DNA from: Prorocentrum cordatum
Taxonomy: Eukaryota
Assembly (NCBI GenBank): GCA_963575745.1
Contig: CAUYUJ010000304.1
Coordinates: 1 to 64,000, forward strand
DNA length: 64,000 nt
Direction: 5' to 3'
Shown here: positions 20,898-36,749 of the stretch, piece by piece
Layout of the letters: each line of letters starts with the position of its first letter
How positions within the stretch are numbered: the first letter of the stretch is position 1
Made by a program: the position numbers and the translations under genes
Notes under the pieces: generated by a model
Seen by the model: only the letters and a program-made list of their open reading frames with translations
What the model was told of the DNA's origin: nothing
The model's database searches: none

Positions 20898-22139
20898 TGC
20901 CCGCATCGTTCACGTGTGCCCCTCCGTGTGGCCTTGCGCCCATCCTGCCACTGTGCCTGGGTTGTTGATCAGAAACCTTGTGTATGCCTGTTGGTAGCCG
21001 CCGAGCGACCGCTTGGAGGCAGTCCTGTAGCCTCTTGGAAGGTGATTCGGGGCCTTTGGGGCTCTCTGTTAAGCATATTGGGAGCCTCCTCGTGGGTCCT
21101 CTTGAAGGTCGTCTCGGGAGCTTTCTGGGGGGTCCGCTCGGGGCGGAGGCCTCCAAATGACATGTCTGTCGGAGTTCTCCTCTGGGGCCGCTCTAGGGGC
21201 CTTATTGGGGCCGTCTTGGGCGGTCTTGGGCGCCTCCTGGGCTCTCTCAGGGCTCTCTTGGGCGCCTCCTGGGGCCTCTCGGGCTGCCTTGGAGCGGTCC
21301 TGTGGGCCTCTTGGGCCAGAGATGAGGTTCGCATCCCGCCCCCTCTCCTATTTCGGCACACACCTCTCACACGGATCGTGGCCCACATGGATCTCTACCT
21401 GCGGCCCCAGAAGCAAGGTTCGCACTGCGCCCCCCCCCCTCCGCCCCTGGCCATTGCGGCACACCCCATCACGCAGATCGTGCCCACAAGGAGCACTATC
21501 TGAAAGCCCAGAGACAAGGTTCGAACAACGCCCCCCCGCCCATTGCGGCACACCCGTCACACAAGTCATGCCCCAGAAGGAGCTTCACCTATGGGACTAA
21601 TGGGCAGCTTCGAATGGCGTCCCCCCGTCCATTTCAGAACATCCCTCGCACGGGTCGTGCCAGAAGGAGGTCCACCTGCGGCATCAGTGGGGGTGTTCGC
21701 GCGGTGGCATCCAAAATCATTCGACACACCCTGCACGCGGATCGTGCCTCACAAGGAGTCCAGCGCACCCGTGCGCGCGTGCTCCGCAGCAGCCATCTTT
21801 CCGCATTGCCCCGCGGCGCGCAGTGTATGAAGAGAGACCCGCGCCCTCAGCGAAGACAAGTTGGCCTCCCGCTGCGGGAGGGCGCCTGCGGAAGTCCCGC
21901 AGGGGCCCTCCCAGGGCGCATCTTGGAGTCTTCTTGGGACGTCTTCGTGGCCTCTTGAGCCGTCTTATTCGCGCGTCTGCGGCCTTGTCAGTCCGCTCTG
22001 GTCGCTTCTAGCCTCTGGAGCGGTTTGGGCGACGGGGGAAAGGCCAAGGAGGCCCAGGAGGCCCCGCACGGGGTCAAAAATGACGTGGGCCAGAGGGGGG
22101 ATCCGGGAGGGTGTCTGGGCCTGGACCCCAGGGCCCCTG

Positions 22140-22700
22140 AGTGCAGCATCGATTTTGCGTGCAGGGTCTTCGAATGCGGAGGAGCCGAGGCATGTATTGC
22201 ACAAGGTCTCTCGTAGCGGCCTTCACGAATGCTGTAAAGGGTGGGCGCTCACCTGCATCACAAGCTACCAAAAGACCCTTAACAGCTCGCGCTGCCGGAC
22301 CGCGCGGACACATATGTAGAAGAGGGGCAATGTCGCATGCCGTGCCTGAAAGGTTCTGTGCCCAAAAGGCGCACGCATCTATCCACAAAAACCGAACACG
22401 ACTGCCTAAGACCCGATACAGACAGGTCATGGGATAGGGCCCACGCAGCAGCCTCCAGGCTGTGGCTTGAATGGCAACCAGATGCTGCCGGACAGCCACT
22501 GAAAGTGGTGCAAAGTGGCACAAGCCATGCACAGAAGTCTCAGAAGCCCTGTAAAACAGACTACAGACATGCTGGGGGAGAGGACCCACCCATGTCGCGC
22601 TGCTGGTCAAGGAGGTTCTGCGGGGTGGACGAAGACAAAGACGAGGCACCGTCGAAAAGAGCTAAAGGCACAACCTGATGTGCCGGTCAGTCAAAATACC
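22140..22700 (-). pseudogene. Possible highly decayed LINE ORF2 fragment
   Basis: LCHFAPLS...IQATAWRLLRGPY loosely resembles LQFYVPS...CAQVLTNGPW of the LINE at 3621-4745. No catalytic motif seen. Confidence 0.3.
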
Positions 22701-22919
22701 GGAGCCAATGCGGGGGCGCGGAGTTTGAGCGGCAAGGCGGACCTGCAATACTGTATGCTTGTCAGCGTCGCGCTGCTGGTCTCGCCAACCGCGGACCCGA
22801 CTTCGCCCCCTCCCTCCACCTGTCCACCTCTTGGCTGCTGGTCTCTCACCGTGGGATCTAATGGCATCAAACGCTGAAAGCCTGAAAGGATGGCAGTCAA
22901 ACGCAGGCTGTTGGCTGGT

Positions 22920-24220
<1,301 letters not shown>

Positions 24221-27077
24221 GGTTGTTTTTTGTTTCCGCTTCCCGCTCTTACGTGCGAAGAGTTGGAAATACGAAAGCGAAACAGCAACGCGGCATTTAC
24301 GGCCGATGCGCTATAGCATGAAAAGGCATGGCATTTAGAGCAGTGGACAACAACTTTAGCACTTCCCTCATACTCCCCACTGCCAACGTCCTCATCCTCC
24401 TCATCCTCATCTCTCCCCGATCACCACCAACCGAATCCTCCGCGTCATCCTCCCGAGCGTCATCCTGATCACAAAATACAAGATGAAGGCGGCGCAGCCC
24501 AAGGGCGCGATTAGCCTCGTGGCCAGACCCGCCTCCCTCCTTGACATAGCGCAGAGTGGGACGCGCGGATGACGCGGGTCCCCGTGCTGGCGTTGTTTGG
24601 CTGTTCGTGCTTTACTTTGAAACAAAAAAACTGCCGCTCCCGGGTGAGTCTAAGCCGTGGCAGCCTCGTCGGCAAGCAACTGGCGGGGGCTCGTCGCACG
24701 TGGAACGCGAGGGATGGGTGCAGCAGATGATGACTCGAAGAAGTGCCCCGGGCAGCCTGCGTGGAGGAGGATGGGAAGGAGCGCAGGGGGTCGAGCTACT
24801 CGGGGTCGAGCTACTCGGGGGAGGAAGAGGAGGAAGAAGAGGAGGAGGAGGAGGAGGAGGAGGAGGGGAGGGGGCGACGAGCGAAACCAGGAACGGCTCA
24901 AGGATGGATGCAACAAAAAAAAAATGGGGGAGGCACGCCGGCCGGACACTTGTCGCGACGAATTGCGTGACAAAGTCTGGAGCGCAACGCGCCCGCACAC
25001 TGCGGAACGCTGCCGCTGCTCCACGGCTGCGATGCGAGGCACACGCCGCGGCACTGCAGGCTGCAGGAGACCAGCCGGCGAGGTCCCGCCCGTCCGCTCC
25101 TGGGATCACGCGGCGACCTTGCCAAGCCAAGTCCCGAACACCGCATTGGCCAGGGCCGTGCCTTCGTTCGGGCACGTCCTCCTACAGGCAGGTTTTGGAA
25201 GAAGAAATTCAAACAGTCCAGAACTGTTCAGAAAGATCCTAACCATGATCAAAAAATCGTCCCCTGACCATTGCTTGACTGCTCTGGAATATTCCTCCTG
25301 TAGAGGGACGTGCCCGACTTAAGCCTTCGCTCGGACCCGCTGTCGTCACAGCGAGAGGCTGCAGAACGTGGTTCAGATGGCCCCCGAGGCTGCGAAGGCG
25401 GCAGGCGGCGCAGAGAGCTTCGGAGAACGCCGGGCGAGTCTGCAGCGAGGCCTGCCGCTGCTGGAGCGCCATGGCCCTCTGGCACGCGGCGCCGCTGCGT
25501 GCGCGTCATCGGCCGGCGATTCGGCTCCCCCGAGCTGGCGCCCGCCAGCAAGCCTGCCGTGCGGACCAGCCGCGTGGGCCACGGGATCTCGTCCTCGCGC
25601 GTAGGAGGCTCCACTCCCATCCGCTCCTGCTGTCCCTTGCCGCCGACGCTCCCCGCCGACACACCGCGGGCGTCGAAGCGGAGGTGCAGCTGCGTATGCT
25701 TCTCAGACGACATCGTCTGCGGGCCTGCGGCGTCCGTACGTTCACGTGCTGCGAGTGCGTCCTGGTCGTTCGACCTGTCACGGAAATGAGAAGAACCAAA
25801 ACGGCTTGATCCAGAACGGCTTTACCCAAAAACTGATGTTACAGACATGTTTAACTTCCTGGCGGCCTCCAGGTGACCTCCTGAGAGCGTTTTTCGAGCG
25901 TCTTGGGGGTATTTTCGGGCCTCTTGCAAGGCCTCCTGAGGGCCTCTTGGGGTCTCTTGGGGGGGCCTCTTCGAGGCGTCGTCGGAATCCCGTTGGGCAT
26001 CTCGGAGCCTCTTGAGGGCCTCTGGGGGCCCGTTGGGCATCTCGGAGCCTCTTGAGGGCCTCTGGGGGCCCCTTGGGGGCCTCTTGGAGTCTCTTGAGAG
26101 CCTCTTCGGGCCCCTTGGGGGCGTCGTCGAAGCCTCCGGGGCGCCTCTCTGGGGTCATGCTCAAGTTGCGGAAGTGTATCGGCAGCACAGCGAGGAAGCT
26201 AGGATGCTGTCCTCTCGAGAGGCTCCTCGGGGACCTCGAGGCGCTGTCATCAGCATTCGGGGGCCGTCGGGAAGACGTGTCAGGACTTCTTTTGAAAGCT
26301 CCGGGAGCTCTCTTGGGGCCAAATTGAACTGTCTGGACCATCTGGAGGGAATCTTTGGTCGTCTTGGCGGCCTCGAGGGCCGCCTGGAGGCGCTGATGTT
26401 TTCCTCTTGGGGCCTTCTGGAATGCCTCTGGCAGTCGTCTTGGAGCGTCTTGAGGGCGTTTTGGGCTTCTGGAATCTCTCGTGGAACATCCTCCTGGGGG
26501 CCCCCTCCCCCCACCAACAGCTCCCCACATGCATCGCCCCCCTCAGGCCACGATCCCTCGTAAGACAATCATGGGTCCGCGCTCCCGATGCCACAACGTC
26601 TGGTGAAAAACAATGGATCTGTGTTCCGAGCTTCCGAGACGGCCCATGCAGGCAACCAAAGACACCAAAATGGCCCAACATGCATCGAAGACGGTCCAAG
26701 ATGGCCTCAAGACGGCCCAAGATGCTACCAAGAGGGCCCAAAAGGGCCACAAGAGGACCTCCAACAGGGCCCGAAGAAAGCAGTCTATGCCTCCTGTGGA
26801 TTGTGGGGGGTCAAGCCCCATTTTCCCCTGTTTCACTGTGCTGACACGCTTACCTTCACGCCGGCGTTTGGGCCCCCAAAAAAGGAGCGCCTGCCTCCCA
26901 GGGCAGAAGCAGCGGGGGACTGGCCGCCACTGTGGGTTTCGGTCTGACGACCGAGGTTCTCCGGATCTGGCCCCACCCCGACGGGAAGGACACGAGCGAG
27001 GAGGGAGCGAGAGTGAGAACGACGTCGGCTGCGGAGCTCCGTGGCTGGCCCCACGGAATCCAGGACGAGATTGCGGG

Positions 27078-27267
27078 GACTACTCCAGACTTCGTACTAA
27101 AAGGGAGGGGGTCTGGACCCTCCAAGACAAGCCATTTCAGACCTCCCCCGTGGGAGAACCCTCCAAAACATCGTCCCCAGACCCCCCAGGCCGTCCAAGA
27201 TAGCCTGGAAGAGACCCCCCCCCCGAAATGAGACCCCCCGCCCTTTATTACGAAATCTGGAGTAGCC
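27078..27267. mobile_element. MITE-like element with ~27-bp terminal inverted repeats
   Basis: GACTACTCCAGACTTCGTACTAAAAGGG versus CCCTTTATTACGAAATCTGGAGTAGCC. No clear TSD. Confidence 0.6.
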
Positions 27268-27280
27268 ATCCCCACGTGCC

Positions 27281-28370
27281 ATGGCGAGTGGAGAAAACTA
27301 GAACAGCTCAGTCGATCCCAGGATCCCGGTGCTGAAGGGCGAAACGTTGAAGGACTTCACCAGGTACAAGAAGGCGGTTCAGGCGGCGGGGCTGGGATGC
27401 GAGTCGAAAGAACAACGTACAGCCCGGGGCCCGAAGTTGTATCGGAACCTCCTCGGCGCAGACAACTCGATCAGCGTGCTGATCGAGCAGACGGACCCGA
27501 GAGACTACGCCGTGGAGGATGGAGCTAACGTGCCGCTGAAGTTTCTAGAGACCGAACGCTTCGCGAAGAGCAGTTTCCGTGCGTTGCCGAAGGCGTTCGA
27601 CACGTTTTTCGACCTACACACTTCGAGAGGAAAGGTGAAGAGCCAATGGCGGCGTTTTGCACGGCCATGGAGGTGGCGAGACGGAACTTGGAAGAAGAGG
27701 ACCCGGACACGATGATCAGCTCGAACGAGCTAGGGTACCACACACTGAAGCGTAGCAGTTTGGACAAGGACGAACGTAATCTGGTGATCGCGAGGGCGGA
27801 TGAGACGTTTGATTTTGAGAAGATATCAAGTGCGCTGAAGAATCTCTTCCCTCGCGGCGGAAGTAGGCAACGAGGACAAGGTAATTGGACGGGCTGGAAG
27901 TGGACGATGCATGCGAATGATCCTGGGAACGGACAAACTGAGGGAAAGGACCCGCACCACAGTGACCACTGGGTCCAGGACGACGACGGGCATACTGGTA
28001 TGAGTGGGACGAAGACCTCGGAGTCTACACGTGTACGGAGGAGGACGAGGAAGGGACTGGGACAGCACTCACCGGTTCTACCTCGAGGATGAAGCTGACG
28101 CGTCCCTGGCTGGAGAAGATGGCGACTACCACCAGACCCTCGTCACGATGCGAGAGAGCCGCCTCAAGATGAACAGGCTGCGGGCGGCAAGGGGGTTTTT
28201 CAAAGGAAGAATCGACGGCGTGGTGGGCGAGAGTGCGGCAGCCGGCGGTCAGGCAGCAGGCAAAAAACCCTGCAGAAGCAAAGGAAAGGGCAAGGACGGC
28301 GGCAAGTCGAAGGACAAACGTTGCAGCAGGTGTGGTCGGATGGACCACAACGCCTCGGGCCCGCCGGCCG
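27281..28370 (+). pseudogene. Degenerate LTR-retrotransposon (Copia-like) gag
   Basis: Three frameshifted pieces ending ...MRESRLKMNRLRAARGFF...KGKGK...CSRCGRMDH (broken CCHC knuckle at 28322-28348). No pol or LTR found. Confidence 0.65.
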
Positions 28371-30191
28371 GCAGTGAGCTGCGCGCACTCCGGGGAAACG
28401 CATCTGGTCCAACACAAAACAACACGCTGTCAGCCCCAGTCGCGGACCATGCCAAGGATGCCGTCGGCGGACATGCCGAAGGCGTTGGAATACGGATGGG
28501 GGGGAGAGGGGAAAGGAAAGAGAAGAGCGCGGGACGGGGTCGAAAGCTCGCGGACCCCACACTGGCGCCGAGGCACAAGCTGTTTAGGGAAAAGAATGCC
28601 CGAACCCACCCCTATCCCCCCCGCGACCTGCGTGGGCCACCCGGCCAGCGGAGGACGTCATAGGGGGCCGGGGAGCTACGTCGATGAGAGAAGGAAGGAA
28701 AAGAAAGTGAAGGGAGGACAGGGCAGACGGAAGCCCTTCCAGGCTTTTCCGTGCGTGTGAGATTGCCATTTGGGCAGAACGTTGCGGGGGCGAACCCGCG
28801 CGTCGCTCGAAAGCGACTGCGACCCCTGGCTCTCTCGCGCGCGTCCTCCACAAAGCAAGGCCATGCTAGACCGCCGCGATAAGTTGAACCGGGTGAACGC
28901 GCGGACCCGCCAAAAACGACTTACTTTGTGGGAGAAGTTTTGATGCTGGGCGAAATCTTATCCATTCTGAGACGTAGCGTGGACACGTGGTCCACACGTC
29001 TGGGTCCGACCACAACTGTCCACATTATGCGGCGCGTCAATTTCCCAAGGTGGATGCGTCGGCATTGCTAGTACTCAAACATCGAACTCATGGTGAACAC
29101 CACGCAGACAGATGCAATGGCGCCGTTGCAAGTTGTTGGCGCGTGCGGCATGTCGTGAAGTCCGTGGTGATGTCACACTCGATCTCACGATATGTGTATA
29201 TATATATGTACATACACACACGACTGCAGTGGCGCTTCGCGCCATGCACCTTGGTCCTTGAATTTTGCTGTGCAGGCGGGGTAGCAGGAAGGTCAAACCG
29301 ACAATTCAGCGATAACTCCTGGTTGCCTTTTCTGGCATCGCCGCTGTAATAATATTAGCTATTCGTTACCCTTCCTCCATGTCTCTTTTTCCTTATTTTC
29401 GCCATGCCCTGCGCATTCCCCCCTATACTCCTCAGCTTTTTTTGCGGGGGTTCCTCCTTGGAGAGCCTCTAGGGGCCTCGCAAAAGTTGTTGCAGGTTTT
29501 CTTAAGGCCTTCTGGAGACCTCCTGGGCGTATTCTGGGGGCCTCCTGGGGCTTCCTCGTGCCGCCCTGCCTCCAACCGCGGTCTCCCTGAACGACCATAT
29601 CACGATTTGGAATTCTTCGGAAGGGGGTGTCTTTGGGCCATCTTGGGCCGCCATGGGGCTCTCTGAGGGCCATCTTGGACCCGTGTTGTGCCGTTTTGGG
29701 GCTCTCTTGGACTGCCTGGAAGCTCTTTCGGATGGTTGTGGGGCGATTTTGGGGTCTCCCAGGCGGCTTCGGACGCCCCAGAAGACCGCCGTCTTGGAGC
29801 GTCGGGAAGCCGAACAGAGGAGACCCCTAAAAGTCACCAAAAACCCACTGACAATCAATGAATTTTGCCTCGGGTGCCTTCTTGGGAGTGCTCTTGGAGG
29901 CCTCTTTGGGGCCGTCCTGGAGGCCTCTTGGGCCATCTTGAGGTCACGTCGGTCACTCTTGGAGCGCTCTTGTGCTGTCTTGGGGGTCTCTGGGACGTTT
30001 CCGATGACCCCCGTGATCGCCCTAGGCGTGCTGGGAAAGCTTAGCAAAACGCCATGTGAGACCGGGCGGCCGCTTCGAGGCCCGTCTGGAGGGCCCCGAA
30101 GCCCCAGATCCCGGGAGTCCAATTTTCTTTTTTGGGGGGGGGCGGGTTTTCACCCCCGCCCGGGCTTATAAAAATACAGGAAGAGGAATCC

Positions 30192-30228
<37 letters not shown>

Positions 30229-30230
30229 TA

Positions 30231-31390
30231 CTAGAATCATCGCGCGCGCTTCGCGCGCGCTCAAGTTCTAACTAGGATAATCGTCATCGTCATCATCGCC
30301 ATCCTCATCACCATCATATCTGGCGTCATCGTCAGCGGCATCGCCATCATCACCATGACCATCACCATCATCACAATCGTCACCATCACCACCATCAGCA
30401 GCAACATCGTCATCACCATCGTCATCATCGCCATCGTCGTCATCATCGTCAATATCGTCACCTGAATTATCAACATAATTATCCTCATCATCGCCATCGT
30501 CATCATTATCGTCGTCGTCTTCGTGATCGTTGTCATCGTTATCGTCATCATCATCGTCATCATCTTCATCATCCGCCCACTCGGGCATCACAAGCACCAA
30601 AGGTCGGGATTTGCGGGTGACTCGCTGTCTGAGAAAGATTGCGGCCAACTTGGGCCAGTTATAGAATGTCGCAGGGCTTTCTTGAACTGGCTTTGGAACT
30701 GTCTAGGCGCTGTCTTGGGGAGCCAAGTGTCTCTGGCCCCATTGACGCCGTCCAGGGTTGCCAGATCGCTGTCGCGACGCAAGTCTGAGCTTGCGGGTTC
30801 GATGCCACCATATTTTCTTGGCCTGTCTGGTCGAGCACGTGCGGGAGGGGCGAGCAATGGCGGAGGACGGGACAAAACTGCTTTGACACACAGCGCACGC
30901 GCGCCACGCCAGCTGGCGGAGCACGCGCAGAAGGAACGAAGAATGCCGGCGAACGCATGGCAAACTGCCTTGAAACACACTGCACGCGCTGTCACGCCGG
31001 GTGGCGGAGCACATGCAGAAATATCGAGGAAAAACGGAAGAATGAGGGAACGCAGCCTTGATATTGAATGCATGCGCTGTCACGCCAGCTGGCGGAGCGC
31101 GTGCAAGAATGCCTCCTGGTCGCAAAGGCAGGGCCTCAATTTCGATGACTTTGTAATCACCACTGAAGCGCTTTCGAGCCACCTCCAGTTTTCGATCGGC
31201 ATCCTTCGAACCTCTTGGACGGACGCATGCTGGAGGTGCAGTCTGATGTGTCTTTGGGGGCAGTTTTAGAACCCTCTTAGGGGGCTTGCATCGTCATCTT
31301 GGAAGTCTCTTGGGGGCGTTTTTGGGGCCTCTTGGGCTGTCTTCGGGCCCTCCAAGGGCCGTGCCGAGGCCGTCTTGGGCCCAGGCAGCC
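30231..31390 (-). mobile_element. Non-coding Helitron-like 3' arm ending in hairpin + CTAG
   Basis: Minus strand GCGCGCG-AAG-CGCGCGC-GATGATT-CTAG|T. 30610-31390 is homologous to 44447-45560. Confidence 0.6.
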
Positions 31391-32420
31391 CTCGCTGAAC
31401 CCGTGGTGGTGCAGATTTCCGCCCGCGCCGCACTCCGCCCTGGCCATCGCCATGTACTTGAACTGGTCTGAGTGCGGCAACACTGCGGGCATCGCCATCC
31501 GCATGTTCAACTCCATTCGCAAGGCCATCATGTGCGCCACCAGGTCCGGGTTGTCACGCGCGAAATGGAAGCGCTCCTCTCGCCCGTCGCCGACCCAATC
31601 TCCCAGGGCGCGATCTCCCGACGCCCGCGCCCATGGACCTCCCCCTGCGCTGAATGTCACGCGCGGCATATTGTAGAACGGGTTCTGTCCACCAGATCGA
31701 CGGGTGCCGGCCGGGGCCGACGACGTCCGGCACGAGCGGCCGCATGCGCTGGGCCCGCCCGTCGCCCGTTCCCCGCAGGCACGTCCATCTCGCGCAGGTG
31801 CCGCCTGCCCACAGGCTCAGCGCCGTCCGCAAGAGAGCCGTCGACCCAGGGCGGGTGCCAGGACAGGTGCTTGACGGTGCTCTGCAATTTCTTGGACTCA
31901 TAAGACCTGCGCATCGTGGTCGATGGCACGTCGCGCTCCACGTTCGCCAGCTGGCCCACCAGAGCCCGCGCGCGGCCCTCGCTCTCCAGCGTTTGCCGAA
32001 GCCCGCCCTTGGTCATCATGCTCGGGCCCTGGGCCGCGAGACCCGCTTGCCCGCGCGCTGTCCGACGCGCGCCAAAGCCCTTGGCCCTGGCCTCGTTCAA
32101 CAGCAGCACGTTCACCATGGCCCGCATCACGCGCTGCCCTCGCGGGCCACCTACAGACTGCCCGGCGCGGTGCGCATCGGGCGCTGCGCCCACTCCCACG
32201 CGGAAGCCCGTCGGGGGCGGCCCTCGAAGAGGTCGCCGATGCCCATCGGGAGCTCCCACGGGAACGCCCTCGCGAAGCGACCGATGGAGCGCGCCGGGAT
32301 CGGGCCCTCACTCTGGCCAGGCCGCCCGTAAATCATCCGCCCCCCCGTCTGACCGACCGCCTCGTCTTCGTCAAACTCCGGCAAAGTCTCCTCCGCGCAT
32401 CCCGCATCCCTGCCTGTCCC
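31385..32420 (-). pseudogene. Helitron Rep (HUH endonuclease) N-terminal fragment
   Basis: AFPWELPMGIGDL...RPR...EWAQ, then NPDLVAHMMALR and ARAECGAGGNLHHHG (HUH motif-2-like), in frameshifted pieces. Confidence 0.7.
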
Positions 32421-32682
32421 CAGATAATGCGTTACCCAAAATTTTGGGTGGCGAAACACTATTGCCGGTAGCGGCGTCGCTACCGAATTTTTCGGTCGCG
32501 ACCGATCTCGGTCGGCAACGCCGTTACCAGTAACGGCGTTACCAGTAACGCCGTGTTTCCGAGCCCCCAACCTGACGAAATCTGACGTCAGACATGACAT
32601 TCTGACGTCAGATCCGAGACGTTGACGTCAGATATCCCATGGTTACTAGTAGGATTATAATATTAACGTTGGGGTATCTGAC

Positions 32683-32713
<31 letters not shown>

Positions 32714-32799
32714 CAGTAGCAGTCGCAGTCGCAGTCGTCGTCGTAGTAGTAGTAGTAGTAGTAGTAGTAGCTGTTGTTGTTGCTGCTGCTGTTGTAGTG

Positions 32800-32857
<58 letters not shown>

Positions 32858-32870
32858 CAGTAGTAGTAGC

Positions 32871-32905
<35 letters not shown>

Positions 32906-33000
32906 CAGTAGTCGTAGTAGTAGTCGTAGTAGTAGTAGCAGTAGTAATGGTAGTTGATGCAGTAGTTGTTGTATTAGTAGTAGTGTTGTTGATGATGGTG
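32683..33000. repeat. (GTA)n microsatellite
   Basis: Direct reading. Confidence 0.95.
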
Positions 33001-33700
33001 TTCGTGATTGGTCACATCATCATGCGCATCATATGCATCATCATGATATGCATCACATGCATCACCATTCCTTCTTCATTCTACCCTGCCCTCCCATTCC
33101 TCACCATGGCGTGCCTATCTTTCGCGCCGTCGCATGGCGCAGCATGGCATAGCAGAAGACGACTGCGTTCACGCTTGCCGGAAGCAGCAGATGATAGCGT
33201 TCACGCTCGCTGTGTCTGCTCGGCGCGGCCGGGGGGCGGGCGCAAGATACTCCCTCGAAGGGGGCCAGTCGCAGGGTGCCGAAATCTGGGGGGCGGGGGC
33301 GCAGGGGCGCACGGGGGATCCGCGGGGGCGAAAAGGGACGGGGGAAAGGGAGATCGACGGGGCATGGGCGCGATGGGGGAGAGGGGGGGGGGGGGGCGCG
33401 CCAGCTTGGGCGAACCGAATCCTGGGGCCCAGGAGCAACGCGCCCTGACAGGAGGAGGGGGGGGAGGAGAGAAGAGAGAGAGGTCGAGGAGAAGGGGGGG
33501 GGGGGGGGGGGGGCGCCCCCTCCTCCTCCTCCTCCTCCTCCGCCCCCTCCTCCTCCTGCTCGTCCTTCCTCCTCCTCCTTCTCCTCCTCCTTCCTCCTCA
33601 TCCCCCCCCTTCCCCCCGCCCCCGCCTCCCAGCGCTGGCATTCCCCCCCCCCCCCCAGATCTCCGCGCATTTCGGCCCCTAGGGCGTCACTGGGCGCCGA

Positions 33701-34626
<926 letters not shown>

Positions 34627-35584
34627 CTCGCCCCACCATGACCGAGGAGGAGGACGGAGGAGGATCAGAGGATGGGGGGGGGGGGGGGGGGGGGGGGGGA
34701 AGGAGGAGGAGGAGAAGGAAGATGAGGAGGAAGAGGAGGAGCAACAGAAGAAGCAGGAGGACAAGGAAGAGGGCGAGGTGGATGGAGGAAGGGGCGAGGC
34801 GGAGCGATGAGGTGACCGCTCGAGCGGAACTGCTGAACCGAGCGGAACTGATACGCCGCTCGAAGACGCGGCGCCGCTAGGCGGAGTGTCGGGGCCCGCG
34901 GCCGAGGACGCGGGTGCGCCGCGGGGTCGACTGTCGGGGCACCTTGGGGTCGGAGGCAGGATCGCCGAACGAAGGAAGGCCTCGAGCACCCTGGCTACGG
35001 GATCGCAGAGGCGATCTACGTCATGGTAAGTGGTGGGGGGGTGGGAGGGTGGGGTGGGACGTCTGATGACGCAAGCGCGCCTAGCTTGCCTCCTCCTCCA
35101 CCTCCCCCCCCATCCCCCCCTTCACTCTCCTCCTCCCCCTCCTACTCCTCCTCTCATCCGCCCCCCCCCCCCCCCTTGCCCATTGCTCCAACGAGAGGTC
35201 CAGAAAGGAAGGGGGAGACAACCGTGGAATCCCTGGGCCGTGCACCGCGCATCCAGCGACTCGGATCTGACGTCAGACTGACGCCAGACTGACGTCAGAT
35301 CCCTGGCTCGCCCCTGCGCCCCCCTGGGCCCCTGAATCCCTGGGCTCCCGGGCGCCTAAATCCTGGGCCGCGGGTTTTTGGACCCGTGGATTCTACGGAG
35401 CGGGAGGGGGGGGGAGGGGTAGAATACGCCGAGGAAGGGCACTGGGATCTTTGGAACACCCGAGGAAGGTAAGAGGCCCCGGACGTCCTGGAGCCCCGAA
35501 TCCCCTCGACCCCTGGACTCCGAGGCCCGCGGGCCCCCGAGGATCTTCTGGCCCCTTAGCCCATGGATTCTCGGGGGGGGGGGG

Positions 35585-35684
35585 NNNNNNNNNNNNNNNN
35601 NNNNNNNNNNNNNNNNNNNNNNNNNNNNNNNNNNNNNNNNNNNNNNNNNNNNNNNNNNNNNNNNNNNNNNNNNNNNNNNNNNNN
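35585..35684. other. Assembly gap (100 N)
   Basis: Direct reading. Confidence 1.
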
Positions 35685-36749
35685 CCTCCTCCCCCTCCTC
35701 CTCCCCTTTGGCCCTAGGGTCGGCCATGCGTCGCCGATAGATCAGCGACAGGCCCTGGGGAAGCACAGCTGCACCGTCATGGACGGGGCGGGCTGTCGGG
35801 CCCCCAATCGGCGACGACCGGGCGACGGGGTGTCGATGCGTCCCCCCCCCCCTGCGAGCCTCTCCCCCTAACGCTGCCTCCTCAACCTCCTCCTCCTCCT
35901 CCTCCTCCTCCACCTCCTCCTCCTCCTCCTCCTCCTCCTCCTCCTCCTCCTCCTCCTCCTCCTCCCTTGGCTTTCGGGTCACCACTCGGATCTCAGGCGG
36001 CCGTGCGGGACGATCCGGGCAGTCCCGGAACGCTGTCGGTGAGGCGCAGCTGCTGGAACGCGTCCCAAGGCAAGAGAGCCAGTGGGATCCACGAAAGCGC
36101 CCGCGAACCTCAGGCCTGTAGCCCGAAACGTCCCCCCCTTCCCCCACTGGGCCAGTCGCCCCCGAGCCTCGCCCCTGACGCACGGTGCTGGCGCTCCCTG
36201 CGGCGAGCTGGCGCGGCCCGAGATGCGGCGAGAGCGGAGCGGTAACGGGCCAAAATCGATATTAGATTTGACCTCCCACGCAGCGAAACGCGGAGCTGGC
36301 AATGTGCGACAGGAGACGGCGGAGGGGGGGGGGCAGTGGGAGGACGAGGAGGAGGGGAGGGGGAGGGGAAAAGAGGGAGGAAGGGAGCGAGAAGGAGAGG
36401 GAAGGAGTAGGAGCAGGAGCAGGAGGAGGGGGAGGGGAAGGGGGAGAAGAAATGGAGGGGAGGCGGGGAGGAGCAGGAGGAGGAGGAGGAGGAGGAGGAG
36501 GAGGAGGAGGAGGAGGAGGAGGGGGAGGAGGAAGAGGCAGAGGACGACGTGGAGGGAAGGAGGAACAGGAGGAGGAGGGGAGGAGGCGAAGGGAGGCGGC
36601 GGAGGAGGAGGAGGAGGAGGAGGAGGAGGAGGAGGAGGGGGGACTGTCCCTCGGGGGCTCTTGAGGCAGAACGGAACTCCAGCGGCCGCCGGGCCATTCT
36701 TGCCGCCGCGGCGGCCTCCTCCCCGTGCCCGACGCGGGCTCCGCGGACT

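Noticed and set aside
27262..27269. GTAGCCAT as a spliced-leader relic before the gag
   Set aside because: Only 8 nt match, and they overlap the MITE terminal repeat.
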